Assembly: GCA_036229005.1 (NCBI GenBank)
Contig: JAZAMN010000003.1
Coordinates: 8,202-72,201, forward strand
Length of the DNA: 64,000 nucleotides
Direction: 5' to 3'
Origin: Myxococcota bacterium
Lineage (GTDB): Bacteria > Myxococcota_A > UBA796 > CAJQPC01
The first letter of the stretch is position 1. Each line of letters begins with the position of its first letter. Made by a program: the position numbers and the translations under genes. Shown here piece by piece: positions 34,772-43,714 of the stretch. The notes beneath the pieces were generated by a model. It ran no database searches. It worked only from the letters and a program-made list of their open reading frames with translations, and was not told the origin of the DNA.

Positions 34772-34934
34772 TCCGGCTCCATTGTTTCACCCAGAGGCCC
34801 GCCGCTTCAGGAGCTGGACAGAGACAGCCTGTCCTCGCTGGGGCTGCGCCGGCGTGTACGCAGGCGCCTGAATCGTGTTGCGACTGAGTTGCTCAAGGCC
34901 TGGGAGGTGTTTATCACGACCGAATCGCAACAAG

Positions 34935-37292
34935 ATGCTCTCCCTCCTCCCACTGCTGCTCGCTCAAGAACCGCTGACGGTGGCCCCCTCGCTGCTGCAG
35001 CCGGTGACCCCCGCTTATCCCAGCGACGCGGGCGAGGCCTCCGGGACGGTGCTCGTGCAGGTGGACGTTGACGCGCAGGGCCAGGTGGTCGGTGTGCGGG
35101 TGGTGTCCGGGCCCGAGGTCTTTCGCCCCGCCGCAGAGGCGGCCGCCTGGCAGCTCCACTTCTCACCGGGGTCCCAGGAGGGGGAGCCGGTCGCGGTGGC
35201 GGATCTGCCGGTGACCTTCCACTTCGCGCCGCCCCATGACCCCCACGAGCACGACGCCATGCTGGTCGTCGAGGCCGAGCGCTTCGAGCACCTGCACCCC
35301 CAGCCGGTGGCCGAGCTCGATGAACAGGACCTGGCCCAGACCCGCGGACAGGACCTGGGGGCCACCCTGGAGCAGCTCCCCGGGGTGACGCGGGCAGCGG
35401 GCACCGGAGACACCTCCAAGCCCATGATCCGGGGGCAGACAGAGCGGCGCCTGTTGCTGCTGGTGGACGGCGTCCCGCACGCCTCGCAGAAGTGGGGCCA
35501 GGACCACGCGCCTGAGATCGACCCCTTCGCCGCCGGCACGGTCGAGGTGCTCATGGGCGCGGCCGGGGTGCGCTACGGGCCCGAGGCGATCGGCGGGGTG
35601 GTGATGCTCAAGCCGCCCGAGCTGCTTGGGGGACCGGGGGTCTACGGCCACGCGGACCTGGCGCTCACCGACAACGGCCGACAGGGCTACGCGGCGGCAC
35701 GGCTGGACGGCGGGATCGGCTCGAACTGGGCGTGGCGGGTGGAAGGCAACCTGCGCAGCAGCGGGGATCTGTCGGCGCCGGACTACCTGCTGGGCAACAC
35801 GGCCTCGCGGGTGTGGAACGCGGGCGGGCAGCTCGCGTGGACGGGCGCCAGCACCACCCTGCGCCTGAGCCTGAGCCACTACGACCAGATCTCCGGCGTG
35901 TTCTATGGGGTGCAGGTGAGCGACCTGGGGGCGCTGGGGGAGGGGACCGTGCCCACCGGCGCCAAGGGCTGGAGCTTCGACCGCCAGTGGGAGCGCCCCT
36001 ATCAGCGTGTCCAGCACGAGCGGGTGCTGCTGCACTGGGACCAGGAGCTGCCCGTGGGCGAGCTGCGCACGGTGGGGGCCATGCAGCTCAACCACCGGCA
36101 GGAGTTCGACACTGTCCGGCAGGACACCGGCAGCGCCCAGTTCGACTTCCTGCTCCAGACCTGGAGCCTGGAGAGCGCCTGGGTGCAGCCCAGCCTGAGC
36201 CTGGGGGACTGGGAGCTGGAGGGCGAGCAGGGCGTGAGTGGAAACCTGGCGCTGAACGCCTACTCCGGCCTCCCGTTGGTCCCCAACTACGCCTCCCGCA
36301 ACCTGGGCGCCTACAGCCTCCAGCGCCTGGGCAACGCCCGCATGCACATCGAGGCGGGGCTGCGCGGCGACTGGATGGCCCGCCGCAGCTACCTGACCGA
36401 CCAGGCCTACGCCCGCCACGAGAACGCGGGCACCCTGGAGGACGGGGTCTGCACCCTCTCCGATGACATCGCCACCTGCGACCACCGCTGGGCCGGCCTG
36501 AGCGCCAGCGCCGGGGTCAACTGGCACGCCGTCCTCGACACGCTGGAGCTGCGCGTGGACCTGTCCCGCGCCACCCGCTTCCCCAGCGCCGACGAGCAGT
36601 TCATGAACGGCGTGGCCCCCACCATGCCCGTCTACGCACTCGGGGATCCCAGCCTCCCTCTGGAGAAGGCGTGGACCCTGAACCCCTCACTGGGATCGGA
36701 TCTGGGATGGCTCCGCCTGGAGATCTCCCCCTACCTCCAGCACATCCAGGACTACGTCTACTTCGCGCCGGTGGTCTCCGACGGCGAGGTCACCGTGGAC
36801 GTGACCGTGCGCGGCGCCTTCCCCCGCTACAGCTACCGCTCCGTGGACGCCCGCTTCGTGGGCATCGACGGCAGCCTGGCCATCCTGCCCACGCCCACCC
36901 TGGAGCTGGAGCTCGCCGGGGCCGCGGTGCGGGCGCACGACACCGCGCTGGACCAGACCCTGGTCGGGCTGCCCGGCGACTCGGCGCACCTCGCTGTCGC
37001 CTGGATGCCCCCCTTGGGTGGTCTGAGGGACTTCCGGGTCCAGGTGGTGGGCCGCGCGGTGGCGCAGGCCAAGGTCGATCCCGGCCTCGACCTCGCGGCC
37101 ACTCCCCAGGGCTACCAGGTGCTGGACGCGAACCTGGGGCTCACCCTGCCCAGCTACCGCAAGGACTGGCGCCTCTCGCTGAGCGGCCAGAACCTGCTGA
37201 ACACCCCTACCCGAGACGCGACGGGATTGCTTCGGTACTACGCCGACAACCCGGGGCGTCGCATCACCCTGCGCGCGAGCGTGGACTTCTGA
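34935..37292 (+). CDS. TonB-dependent receptor with an N-terminal TonB-C-terminal-like domain
   Basis: Signal MLSLLPLLLAQEP. The TonB_C-like segment is VTPAYPSDAGEASGTVLVQVDVDAQGQVVGVRVVSGPEVFRPAAEAAAWQLHFSPGSQEGEPVAV. A plug follows (LPGVTRAAGTGDTSKPMIRGQTERRLLLLVDGV), then a beta-barrel ending RRITLRASVDF. Confidence 0.8.
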   Translation: MLSLLPLLLAQEPLTVAPSLLQPVTPAYPSDAGEASGTVLVQVDVDAQGQVVGVRVVSGPEVFRPAAEAAAWQLHFSPGSQEGEPVAVADLPVTFHFAPPHDPHEHDAMLVVEAERFEHLHPQPVAELDEQDLAQTRGQDLGATLEQLPGVTRAAGTGDTSKPMIRGQTERRLLLLVDGVPHASQKWGQDHAPEIDPFAAGTVEVLMGAAGVRYGPEAIGGVVMLKPPELLGGPGVYGHADLALTDNGRQGYAAARLDGGIGSNWAWRVEGNLRSSGDLSAPDYLLGNTASRVWNAGGQLAWTGASTTLRLSLSHYDQISGVFYGVQVSDLGALGEGTVPTGAKGWSFDRQWERPYQRVQHERVLLHWDQELPVGELRTVGAMQLNHRQEFDTVRQDTGSAQFDFLLQTWSLESAWVQPSLSLGDWELEGEQGVSGNLALNAYSGLPLVPNYASRNLGAYSLQRLGNARMHIEAGLRGDWMARRSYLTDQAYARHENAGTLEDGVCTLSDDIATCDHRWAGLSASAGVNWHAVLDTLELRVDLSRATRFPSADEQFMNGVAPTMPVYALGDPSLPLEKAWTLNPSLGSDLGWLRLEISPYLQHIQDYVYFAPVVSDGEVTVDVTVRGAFPRYSYRSVDARFVGIDGSLAILPTPTLELELAGAAVRAHDTALDQTLVGLPGDSAHLAVAWMPPLGGLRDFRVQVVGRAVAQAKVDPGLDLAATPQGYQVLDANLGLTLPSYRKDWRLSLSGQNLLNTPTRDATGLLRYYADNPGRRITLRASVDF

Positions 37293-37302
37293 GGAGACCC
37301 CC

Positions 37303-37896
37303 ATGTCCCTGTTGCTGCTGGCCCTTGGCTGCGTGAACCCCTCGAACCCGGACGAGGAGAACGAAGAGGAGCTGATCACCACGGTGATCCTGGAGGCCAC
37401 CGACGCCTCGGGTGGCGTGATCTCCGCCACCTGGGAGGACCTGGAGTCCGACGGGAACCCCACGGTCGACGACCTCATCCTGATGGACGGCGTGGACTAC
37501 ACCCTGAGCGTGCGCTTCCTGAACAACCTGGAGGACCCCGCCGAGGAGATCACCACCGAGGTGCAGGAGGAGGGGGACCACCACCAGCTCTTCTTCACGG
37601 GCAACGCGGTGGAGGGCGCCGCCACCGGCGAGAACCCCGACGCGGTCATCACCCAGGAGTACGCCGACGCCGACGAGAACGGCCTGCCCATCGGCCTGGA
37701 GAACAACATCTCCGCGGTCATGGAGGGCAGCGAGACCCTGATGGTGACCCTGCAGCACCTGCCTGACCAGGACGGCGTGGCCGTGAAGGTCGCCGGCCTG
37801 GAGGACGACGTCGCCGCCGGCTCGCTCTCCGACCTGCCCGGCAGCTCCGACGTGCAGGTGGAGTTCACGGTGGAGGTCGCCAGCGCCCCGCAGTAG
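37303..37896 (+). CDS. hypothetical acidic lipoprotein downstream of the TonB-dependent receptor
   Basis: GAGGAG RBS. MSLLLLALGC lipobox. Asp/Glu-rich 197-aa protein with no motif I can name. Confidence 0.55.
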   Translation: MSLLLLALGCVNPSNPDEENEEELITTVILEATDASGGVISATWEDLESDGNPTVDDLILMDGVDYTLSVRFLNNLEDPAEEITTEVQEEGDHHQLFFTGNAVEGAATGENPDAVITQEYADADENGLPIGLENNISAVMEGSETLMVTLQHLPDQDGVAVKVAGLEDDVAAGSLSDLPGSSDVQVEFTVEVASAPQ

Positions 37897-37905
37897 TTTG
37901 GGGGC

Positions 37906-39192
37906 ATGCTTTCGCTCCTGAGCACCGTGGTCCTGGCCGCGCCCCAAGATGGGCTCCCCGCGGCTGGGTTCTGTGACACGCCCTTGGCGCTGGAGGTCCT
38001 GCGTGGTCGCGCGCAGGCCTCCCACCCGGGCATGCTCCTCCCGCCGGGGGGCGCCGGGGACGTGTCACCCCCGCCAATGGCGGACCGGGCCTTCAACGGC
38101 AGCCCCTACGCGCTGCACCAGGAGACCGAGCACTTCACGATCAACTGGTTCGACGAGGCGCTCCCGCAGCCGGCCGTGAACCTGGCCGCGGAGGCCCTGG
38201 AGCAGGCCTGGACCGCGTTCATCGACGAGCAGGGCTGGCCGGAGCCCGTCAGCAGCGACCGCTACTACCTGTGGGTGCTGCTGGACCCCAGCCTGGGGGA
38301 AACCACCGGCTACACCGTCGAGTTCTTCGATGACCAGTACGCCGACGGCTACCCGGTGATCTACCTGAACCCGGACTGGATCTCGCACCCCGACTTCTAC
38401 CGGGCGCTCGCGGCCCACGAGTTCATGCACGCCATCCAGTTCGCCATGCGCGACTGGAGCGAGCAGGACTCCGAGCAGAGCTGGTACTGGGAGGCCAGCG
38501 CGAACCACGCCAGCGAGCTCGCGGGGCCCGACTGGGACGGCCACCAATACACCTCGGCCTGGTACGCCGAGCAGGCGCAGCTCCGCTTTGACTCCGAGGT
38601 GGGCGCGCACCACTACGGGATGTTCGTGCTCAACGCGTACCTGGAGGACCAGCTCGGCCCGGGGACGATGAAGGGGATCTGGGAGCAGGCCGCCGCCGAC
38701 CCCAACACCCAGAGCTGGGACCTGCTGATCACCCAGGCCACAGATCTCCCCGCAGACGAGGTCATCGCCAGCTTCTCCGCCGCGTACGCCAATGGCCTGC
38801 TGCCCGAGTCTGCGCTCTACACCCCCATGACCGGTGAGGGCGACTACGCCGCCGGCCTGGGCGGCACCCTGGACACCCTGGGCTCACACGCCTGGACGGC
38901 GCCGGAGGCCGGCTGGATCCAGGTCGAAGGTCCGGCCCTTCTGGGCGCCGTGGACGGCCAGACCGGCACCACCATCTGGGCGGAGGCGGGCAGCGCGTTC
39001 ACGGTCACGGGCCTGGAGGACGGCGCCGTCTACACCCTGTCCGAGGGCACAGCGCCGGACACCGGAGAGCCTGGAGACCCCGAAAAGGGGTGCGGCGGCT
39101 GCGCCGCGGGTGGTGGCCCCGGTTGGCTGCTCGGCGCGCTCGGGTTGATGTTTGTGCGGCGCCGCAAGATCAGGGTTGACCGCCGGGCTTGA
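37906..39192 (+). CDS. putative secreted zinc metalloprotease (HExxH) with a MYXO-CTERM-type tail
   Basis: Signal MLSLLSTVVLAAP. AAHEFMHAIQFA contains HExxH. The C-terminus GCGGCAAGGGPGWLLGALGLMFVRRRK has a Cys motif, a TM segment and a basic cluster. Confidence 0.6.
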   Translation: MLSLLSTVVLAAPQDGLPAAGFCDTPLALEVLRGRAQASHPGMLLPPGGAGDVSPPPMADRAFNGSPYALHQETEHFTINWFDEALPQPAVNLAAEALEQAWTAFIDEQGWPEPVSSDRYYLWVLLDPSLGETTGYTVEFFDDQYADGYPVIYLNPDWISHPDFYRALAAHEFMHAIQFAMRDWSEQDSEQSWYWEASANHASELAGPDWDGHQYTSAWYAEQAQLRFDSEVGAHHYGMFVLNAYLEDQLGPGTMKGIWEQAAADPNTQSWDLLITQATDLPADEVIASFSAAYANGLLPESALYTPMTGEGDYAAGLGGTLDTLGSHAWTAPEAGWIQVEGPALLGAVDGQTGTTIWAEAGSAFTVTGLEDGAVYTLSEGTAPDTGEPGDPEKGCGGCAAGGGPGWLLGALGLMFVRRRKIRVDRRA

Positions 39193-39880
39193 GCTCCACG
39201 CCCTCGCTGCGGACGGCCTCCAGGAAGCCCTCCAGGGTGTTCACGCCCCGGGGCTCGAAGTGCTCGTCGAGCACCTGGATACGGGCCATGCGGTCCACGC
39301 GGAAGTTGCGGTAGGCCTGACGCAGGGTGCACCAGGCGCCCAGGGTCCAGCGGTTGGTCCACAGCCAGAGGCCGATGGGGTGGATGCGCCGGGTGGTGGG
39401 CTTCCCATCGCGGTCCAGGTAGTCGAACTCCAGCACGCGGTGCTGCCCGATGGCCTCGCGGATCTGGACGATCGCGTCGGAGGTGTCGTCCTCCAGGCGG
39501 GCCGGGAAGGCGTGCAGAGGGGTGCGCTCCAGCCAGTCCCGCTGCCCCGGGGGGAGGGCAGCGGCGAGCTTGTCCAGGGCGCTGCGGGCGCCGGCGCGCA
39601 GGTTGGCGTCCCCCCAGCGGGAGGCCATGCGCGCGCCGAACACCAGGGCCTGCACCTCGTCCAGGTCGAACATGATGGGGGGCAGCTCGCCGCCGCGCTC
39701 CAGGCGGTAGCCCACCCCGGCCTCTCCCCGGATGGGCACCCCGCTGTCGATGAGATCCCGGACGTCTCGGTAGATGGTGCGCTCGCTGACCTCCAGGTGC
39801 TCGGCAAGCTCCTTGGCCGTCGCGGCGCGGCGGCGGCGCAGGGTGGCGAGCAGGCGGTAGAGGCGGTCAGCGCGGCGCAT
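39170..39880 (-). CDS. YafY-family transcriptional regulator (HTH + WYL domain)
   Basis: MRRADRLYRLLATLRRRRAATAKELAEHLEVSERTIYRDVRDLIDSGVPIRGEAGVGYRL, plus a WYL-like segment TTRRIHPIGLWLWTNRWTLGAWCTLRQAYRNFRVDRM. Confidence 0.85.
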   Translation of the reverse strand: MRRADRLYRLLATLRRRRAATAKELAEHLEVSERTIYRDVRDLIDSGVPIRGEAGVGYRLERGGELPPIMFDLDEVQALVFGARMASRWGDANLRAGARSALDKLAAALPPGQRDWLERTPLHAFPARLEDDTSDAIVQIREAIGQHRVLEFDYLDRDGKPTTRRIHPIGLWLWTNRWTLGAWCTLRQAYRNFRVDRMARIQVLDEHFEPRGVNTLEGFLEAVRSEGVELKPGGQP

Positions 39881-39886
39881 GGGGGC

Positions 39887-40312
39887 TCAGCCTTGGTCTG
39901 CAGGCGTCTCGGGGATGACGTGGAAGAAGTCCAGCATGACACCTGCGGGGTCCTGGATCTGCAGGGAGCGCCAGGCCCAGGGCTTGTCGCTGGCGGGGGC
40001 CATCAGCGGGATCCCCTTGGCCTCCAGGCGCTGCTGCAGCACGTCCACATCTCCGACGGGGATGGAGAGCATGAACCCCTCGGTGGGCTTGCCCTGGGGC
40101 GAGGGCATGGTGGTGAAGCAGAGCTGCGGGCCTGCGTGCTTGCGCGGGGTCAGGTGGACCTGCAGGTAGAGCTCGCGGTCGAACATGGCCTCCAGGCCCA
40201 GGGTGTTCAGGTAGAACTCGCGCAGGGGAGCCAGGTCCTTGACGAACACCAGGGGGTAGCCGTCGGGCAGGTTGGTGGGGAGGTCGGCGCGGGCGGGGAT
40301 GTCGGTGATCAC
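39887..40312 (-). CDS. VOC/glyoxalase-family protein
   Basis: VFVKDLAPLREFYLNTLGLEAMFD...FMLSIPVGDVDVLQQRLEAKGIPLMAPASDKPWAWRSLQIQDPAGVMLDFFH. GTG 40312 with AAGGA upstream is preferred over the longer ORF. Confidence 0.7.
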   Translation of the reverse strand: MITDIPARADLPTNLPDGYPLVFVKDLAPLREFYLNTLGLEAMFDRELYLQVHLTPRKHAGPQLCFTTMPSPQGKPTEGFMLSIPVGDVDVLQQRLEAKGIPLMAPASDKPWAWRSLQIQDPAGVMLDFFHVIPETPADQG

Positions 40313-40465
40313 TTGGGTCGTCCTTGGTGTTTTGTGAAGCGTCGTAGGCGTTCGCTTCCGACACCAGGAATGTAGGACCCCCTCCTGACAGAACATGGCA
40401 GGAGCCTGGCAGGAGGGCCCGGGCTGCTGACAGCATGGTGTCAGGAGGGATCCGGGCGCTCGGGC

Positions 40466-42130
40466 TCAGAGGGTCTTGAGGAACTCGATCAGGGCCAGCC
40501 TGTCCTCGTCGGTGAACACGAGCTCCCCATCGGGGCCGTAGAGCATCGAGGTGTGGCCTTGGTTGGACAGACCAGCCTGGGACACGTCAAAGCCCGCGTC
40601 CTCCACCTCCAGCCAATGCTCGGGGATCGCATCTCCGGTGGGGTAGCCCACGCAGTCCGCGTCAAAGTCGGTCTCAGGGTCCTGCGCCGGGCCCTGGACA
40701 AAGAAGCTGGGGCGCTGCTCGACGGGGGACAGCAGGGCGCACAGGGTGGGGGCCGCGTTGTTGTGCAGGTAGGGGTAGCGGGCCCAGATGCCGTCCAGGG
40801 GTGGGGGGACGTAGCCTTCGCCGCCCTGCACGATGGTCTCCATGGCCTGGGAGATGGCCAGGTCGTTGAGGTCTTCGAGCGCGGTCATGCCCTGGGCGCG
40901 GCCGGGGTCGGTGCCCACGTCAAAGCGCGGGGTGGCGCCGTGGTAGAGCAGCCCGGTGGTCTGGATCTGCTCGGCGGGGGTGCCGCTGCTGTCGAGATCC
41001 CAGCCCTTCTCGTAGCTGCCGTGGCAGGCGCTGCAGTGCTGCTCGAAGAGGGCCTGGCCGGTCTTGGCCTGCTCCAGGTCGATGCTGTCGGCGCCGAACC
41101 AGTCCTCCCAGCGGGGGGAGGGCGTGGCGAACACGGCGACGGTGAGCTCGTCCACCACGCGCTCGTTGTCCACGAGCCAGGTCTCCAGGCGCTCCAGGTC
41201 TGTGCCGCGGCCCAGCTCGTTCCACAGGAAGTTGGTGAGGATGGGGTTGCCCTGCACGATGCTGCCGTCGGCCAACCACGTGGTCTTGTAGCGCAGGGTC
41301 CACCACGGAGTGGGCTTGGAGTCGGCGACGAGGTCGTCGAGGATGGAGTCGCGCGGGTTGTACTGGGCGCTGGTGTCGAAGCTGGCGTAGGGGTCCTGGC
41401 CGCGCTTCTGGAGGGAGAGGTGGACCTGGGCCAGCGAGGTGTCCAGGCCCAACACCACGGGATCCTTGGTGCCCACGGAGCCGATGGCGGTGACCATCTC
41501 CTGGTAGAGCTGGACCTCGTCGTCGGTGGCGCCGGAGAGGTCCTGGAACACGTCGGCGGGGACGGTGGGCAGGACCTCGGAGGCCAGGGTGAAGAAGGCG
41601 TTGGGGCGGGCGGTCTTGTTGCCGATGCCGACCACGGTCTGGCCGAAGAGCTCGGTGGCGTGGCAGGCCGCGCAGGAGAACACCAGGGCCTCGCCCAGCT
41701 CGGTGTCCACGACGGCGGCGCCCATGGGGTCCCCAGGCTGCAGGCCGTTGGGCAGGGGCACGCCATCTTCCGGGATGGGGGGCAGGCCGAGCTGCTCGTA
41801 GAGCTCGTCCATGGTGCCGAAGCCGGCGACCTGGCGGGTCAGGCCCTGGATGGTGGCGTTGTCGGGGTTGTCCAGCAGCTCCACCAGGGGGCGGTAGGGC
41901 ATGCGCAGGGAGCTGACCGAGACCGGCCAGACCATCACGTGCTCCAGGCCGGCCCAGCGGGCGGTCTCCAGGTCCTCCGGGGAGAGCGCGTAGATGTTGG
42001 CCCGGTCCGTCCCGGGCTCCACCCAGGCGTCCTGGGACCAGTCGGCGGCGAGGTTGTCGCACACGCCGTCTTGGTTCATGTCGAGACCCAGGCAGGGGTC
42101 CTGGGCGCAGGCGGTCAGGAGCAGCAGCAT
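40466..42130 (-). CDS. di-haem cytochrome c peroxidase-like lipoprotein
   Basis: MLLLLTAC lipobox. Two CxxCH motifs (CAACH, CSACH). The C-terminal PPLDGIWARYPYLHNNAAPTLCALL resembles the CCP/MauG distal motif. Confidence 0.6.
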   Translation of the reverse strand: MLLLLTACAQDPCLGLDMNQDGVCDNLAADWSQDAWVEPGTDRANIYALSPEDLETARWAGLEHVMVWPVSVSSLRMPYRPLVELLDNPDNATIQGLTRQVAGFGTMDELYEQLGLPPIPEDGVPLPNGLQPGDPMGAAVVDTELGEALVFSCAACHATELFGQTVVGIGNKTARPNAFFTLASEVLPTVPADVFQDLSGATDDEVQLYQEMVTAIGSVGTKDPVVLGLDTSLAQVHLSLQKRGQDPYASFDTSAQYNPRDSILDDLVADSKPTPWWTLRYKTTWLADGSIVQGNPILTNFLWNELGRGTDLERLETWLVDNERVVDELTVAVFATPSPRWEDWFGADSIDLEQAKTGQALFEQHCSACHGSYEKGWDLDSSGTPAEQIQTTGLLYHGATPRFDVGTDPGRAQGMTALEDLNDLAISQAMETIVQGGEGYVPPPLDGIWARYPYLHNNAAPTLCALLSPVEQRPSFFVQGPAQDPETDFDADCVGYPTGDAIPEHWLEVEDAGFDVSQAGLSNQGHTSMLYGPDGELVFTDEDRLALIEFLKTL

Positions 42131-42180
42131 GTCGGGAGTCTAACCCCGCTCTGGCCGCGCTCAGCCCCTGGGGCGGTCTG

Positions 42181-42738
42181 TCAGTGCAGCCACTCCACGC
42201 CGGCCAGGCGGTCGATGCGCTCCAGGCAGGCTTGCAGCGGGAGGGACAGGTCGTCGGCGTCCAGCACAGCCTGCAGGTCCGCGATCTCCAGGGCCCGGGC
42301 CATGCCGTAGACGGCCAGGTGGGGGTCGCTGAGCTCGGGGAGCTTGAGGCGCTCTCGCTGGGCGCCGTAGAGCGCCAGGATCGCCTCGTGGGTGTCGGGC
42401 TCGCAGCTCGCGGGGGCGGCGGTGCACAGGCCCTGCAGGCTGAGCATCTGCGGGCTCACGCCCACCAGCTTGACGCGCTGCAGTCCCACCAAGGTCACGG
42501 CCAGGGCGCTGGCGTCGGGCTGGACATCGTCGACCTCGGCCGTGCAGCCGTAGACAAAGAACTCTTCGGCCTGCCGCGGGCGCGCGTTGGTGGCCTGCCG
42601 CTGTTGGACCACCACCAGACCGTCTCCCGACTGGCCGAGCGCCTGGACACTGCCGGGTCTCCCGACCCGGATCTCCATCCGAGCGCCCGGCAGCAGGCAG
42701 GCCTCGCGTAGCGGGAGCAGCGGCAAGCGCTCGGTCAT
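42181..42738 (-). CDS. Lon N-terminal (LON substrate-binding) domain protein
   Basis: MTERLPLLPLREACLLPGARMEIRVGRPGSVQAL... fits the LPLFPL...PG pattern of the Lon N-domain. A standalone protein of about 185 aa. Confidence 0.7.
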   Translation of the reverse strand: MTERLPLLPLREACLLPGARMEIRVGRPGSVQALGQSGDGLVVVQQRQATNARPRQAEEFFVYGCTAEVDDVQPDASALAVTLVGLQRVKLVGVSPQMLSLQGLCTAAPASCEPDTHEAILALYGAQRERLKLPELSDPHLAVYGMARALEIADLQAVLDADDLSLPLQACLERIDRLAGVEWLH

Positions 42739-42860
42739 CGGTGCACAGTAGAGATGGGACAAGGTGTTCTCAATGCGGCCTGGGGGCGGGTGGACAGGGT
42801 GCCGCTCCCTTGGATGCCTGGATCATAGGGTCGATCCGGCGCGCATGCGATTTCATGCCC

Positions 42861-43295
42861 TTACGGGGAGGCGGTCCTTGGGGCCTCGAAGCCCGCGAGC
42901 AAGGCCTCTGCCTCCTCCATGAGATCCCAGTAGCGATGCAGCCAGTCCTCGATCCGGTCGACCGATTCCACGGGTACGGAGAGCCACTCGGCCAGGCGGT
43001 GCACCCGTTCCCGCTCCGCCTCGCTGAAGTCCCCGTCAATACAGGCCAGGACGATGCAGTCGCGCAGGATCACGCGGCGCGTGGTCTCCGAGAGCCCGGG
43101 GTCCACCGGAGGAAGCGTCTGCAGGGGTCGCTCCAGCAGCTCGGTGGCGTCTACGTCCAAGAGCGCCCCGCGGAGCAGGATGTAGTCCCGCTCTTCGGCG
43201 GTCATGCCGTCCACAAGGGCTTGGGCCACAAGCAGGCGCAGGTAGGTGTGGGGGTCGAAGTCCTGGATCAGGCTCAGGCCGGGGTGTCTTGCCAT
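42861..43295 (-). CDS. TerB/DjlA-N-like helical protein
   Basis: VAQALVDGMTAEERDYIL... and IVLACIDGDFSEAERERVHRLAEWLSV resemble the paired D-G-x-x-x-x-x-E repeats of TerB-like domains. Weak call. Confidence 0.4.
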   Translation of the reverse strand: MARHPGLSLIQDFDPHTYLRLLVAQALVDGMTAEERDYILLRGALLDVDATELLERPLQTLPPVDPGLSETTRRVILRDCIVLACIDGDFSEAERERVHRLAEWLSVPVESVDRIEDWLHRYWDLMEEAEALLAGFEAPRTASP

Positions 43296-43313
43296 GGGCA
43301 GGGTCTACCACGC

Positions 43314-43610
43314 TCAGCTCAGGCGCTCCCGGGCCTGGACCACCGCGTCGCGCGTGAAGATCCGCGAGAGCCGCTGCTTCTCTTGGCCATCCACGAAGAG
43401 CAGCAGGGTGGGGGTCGCGAACACCAGGAGCTGACCGCCCACCTCCGGGCTGTCGTTGAGGTCCACCTCCACGAAGCGCCAGCCGTCCTGGGAGAAGGTC
43501 TGCTCGATGAAGGGGAGCAGGGCGTTCGCGGGGCCGCAGGCGGGGCGGGTCAGCCACACGGCGAGGCGAGGGGAGTCCTGGCGGAGATCGTCGAAGTCGG
43601 AGAGTTCCAT
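43314..43610 (-). CDS. thioredoxin-fold protein with a single-Cys active site
   Basis: 98 aa. RLAVWLTRPACGPANALLPFIEQ...FVEVDLNDSPEVGGQLLVFATPTLLLFVDGQ fits the thioredoxin fold. The WCGPC position reads ACGPA. Confidence 0.6.
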   Translation of the reverse strand: MELSDFDDLRQDSPRLAVWLTRPACGPANALLPFIEQTFSQDGWRFVEVDLNDSPEVGGQLLVFATPTLLLFVDGQEKQRLSRIFTRDAVVQARERLS

Positions 43611-43714
43611 GCGCCCTGACTAATCATGCCGGGGGGCCGGGGAAGGGGCCGCGACGCGGGGGCTGATCCACCTCTGCGTGTGCCCGCGGAGCGCTTGCGA
43701 AGTACAGTGCGGCC

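Noticed and set aside
39170-40312. WYL-domain regulator as a marker of a defence island
   Set aside because: It is a standard YafY-type HTH-WYL regulator paired with a VOC/glyoxalase enzyme, which is a common housekeeping arrangement. No nuclease, helicase or other defence-type genes are adjacent.
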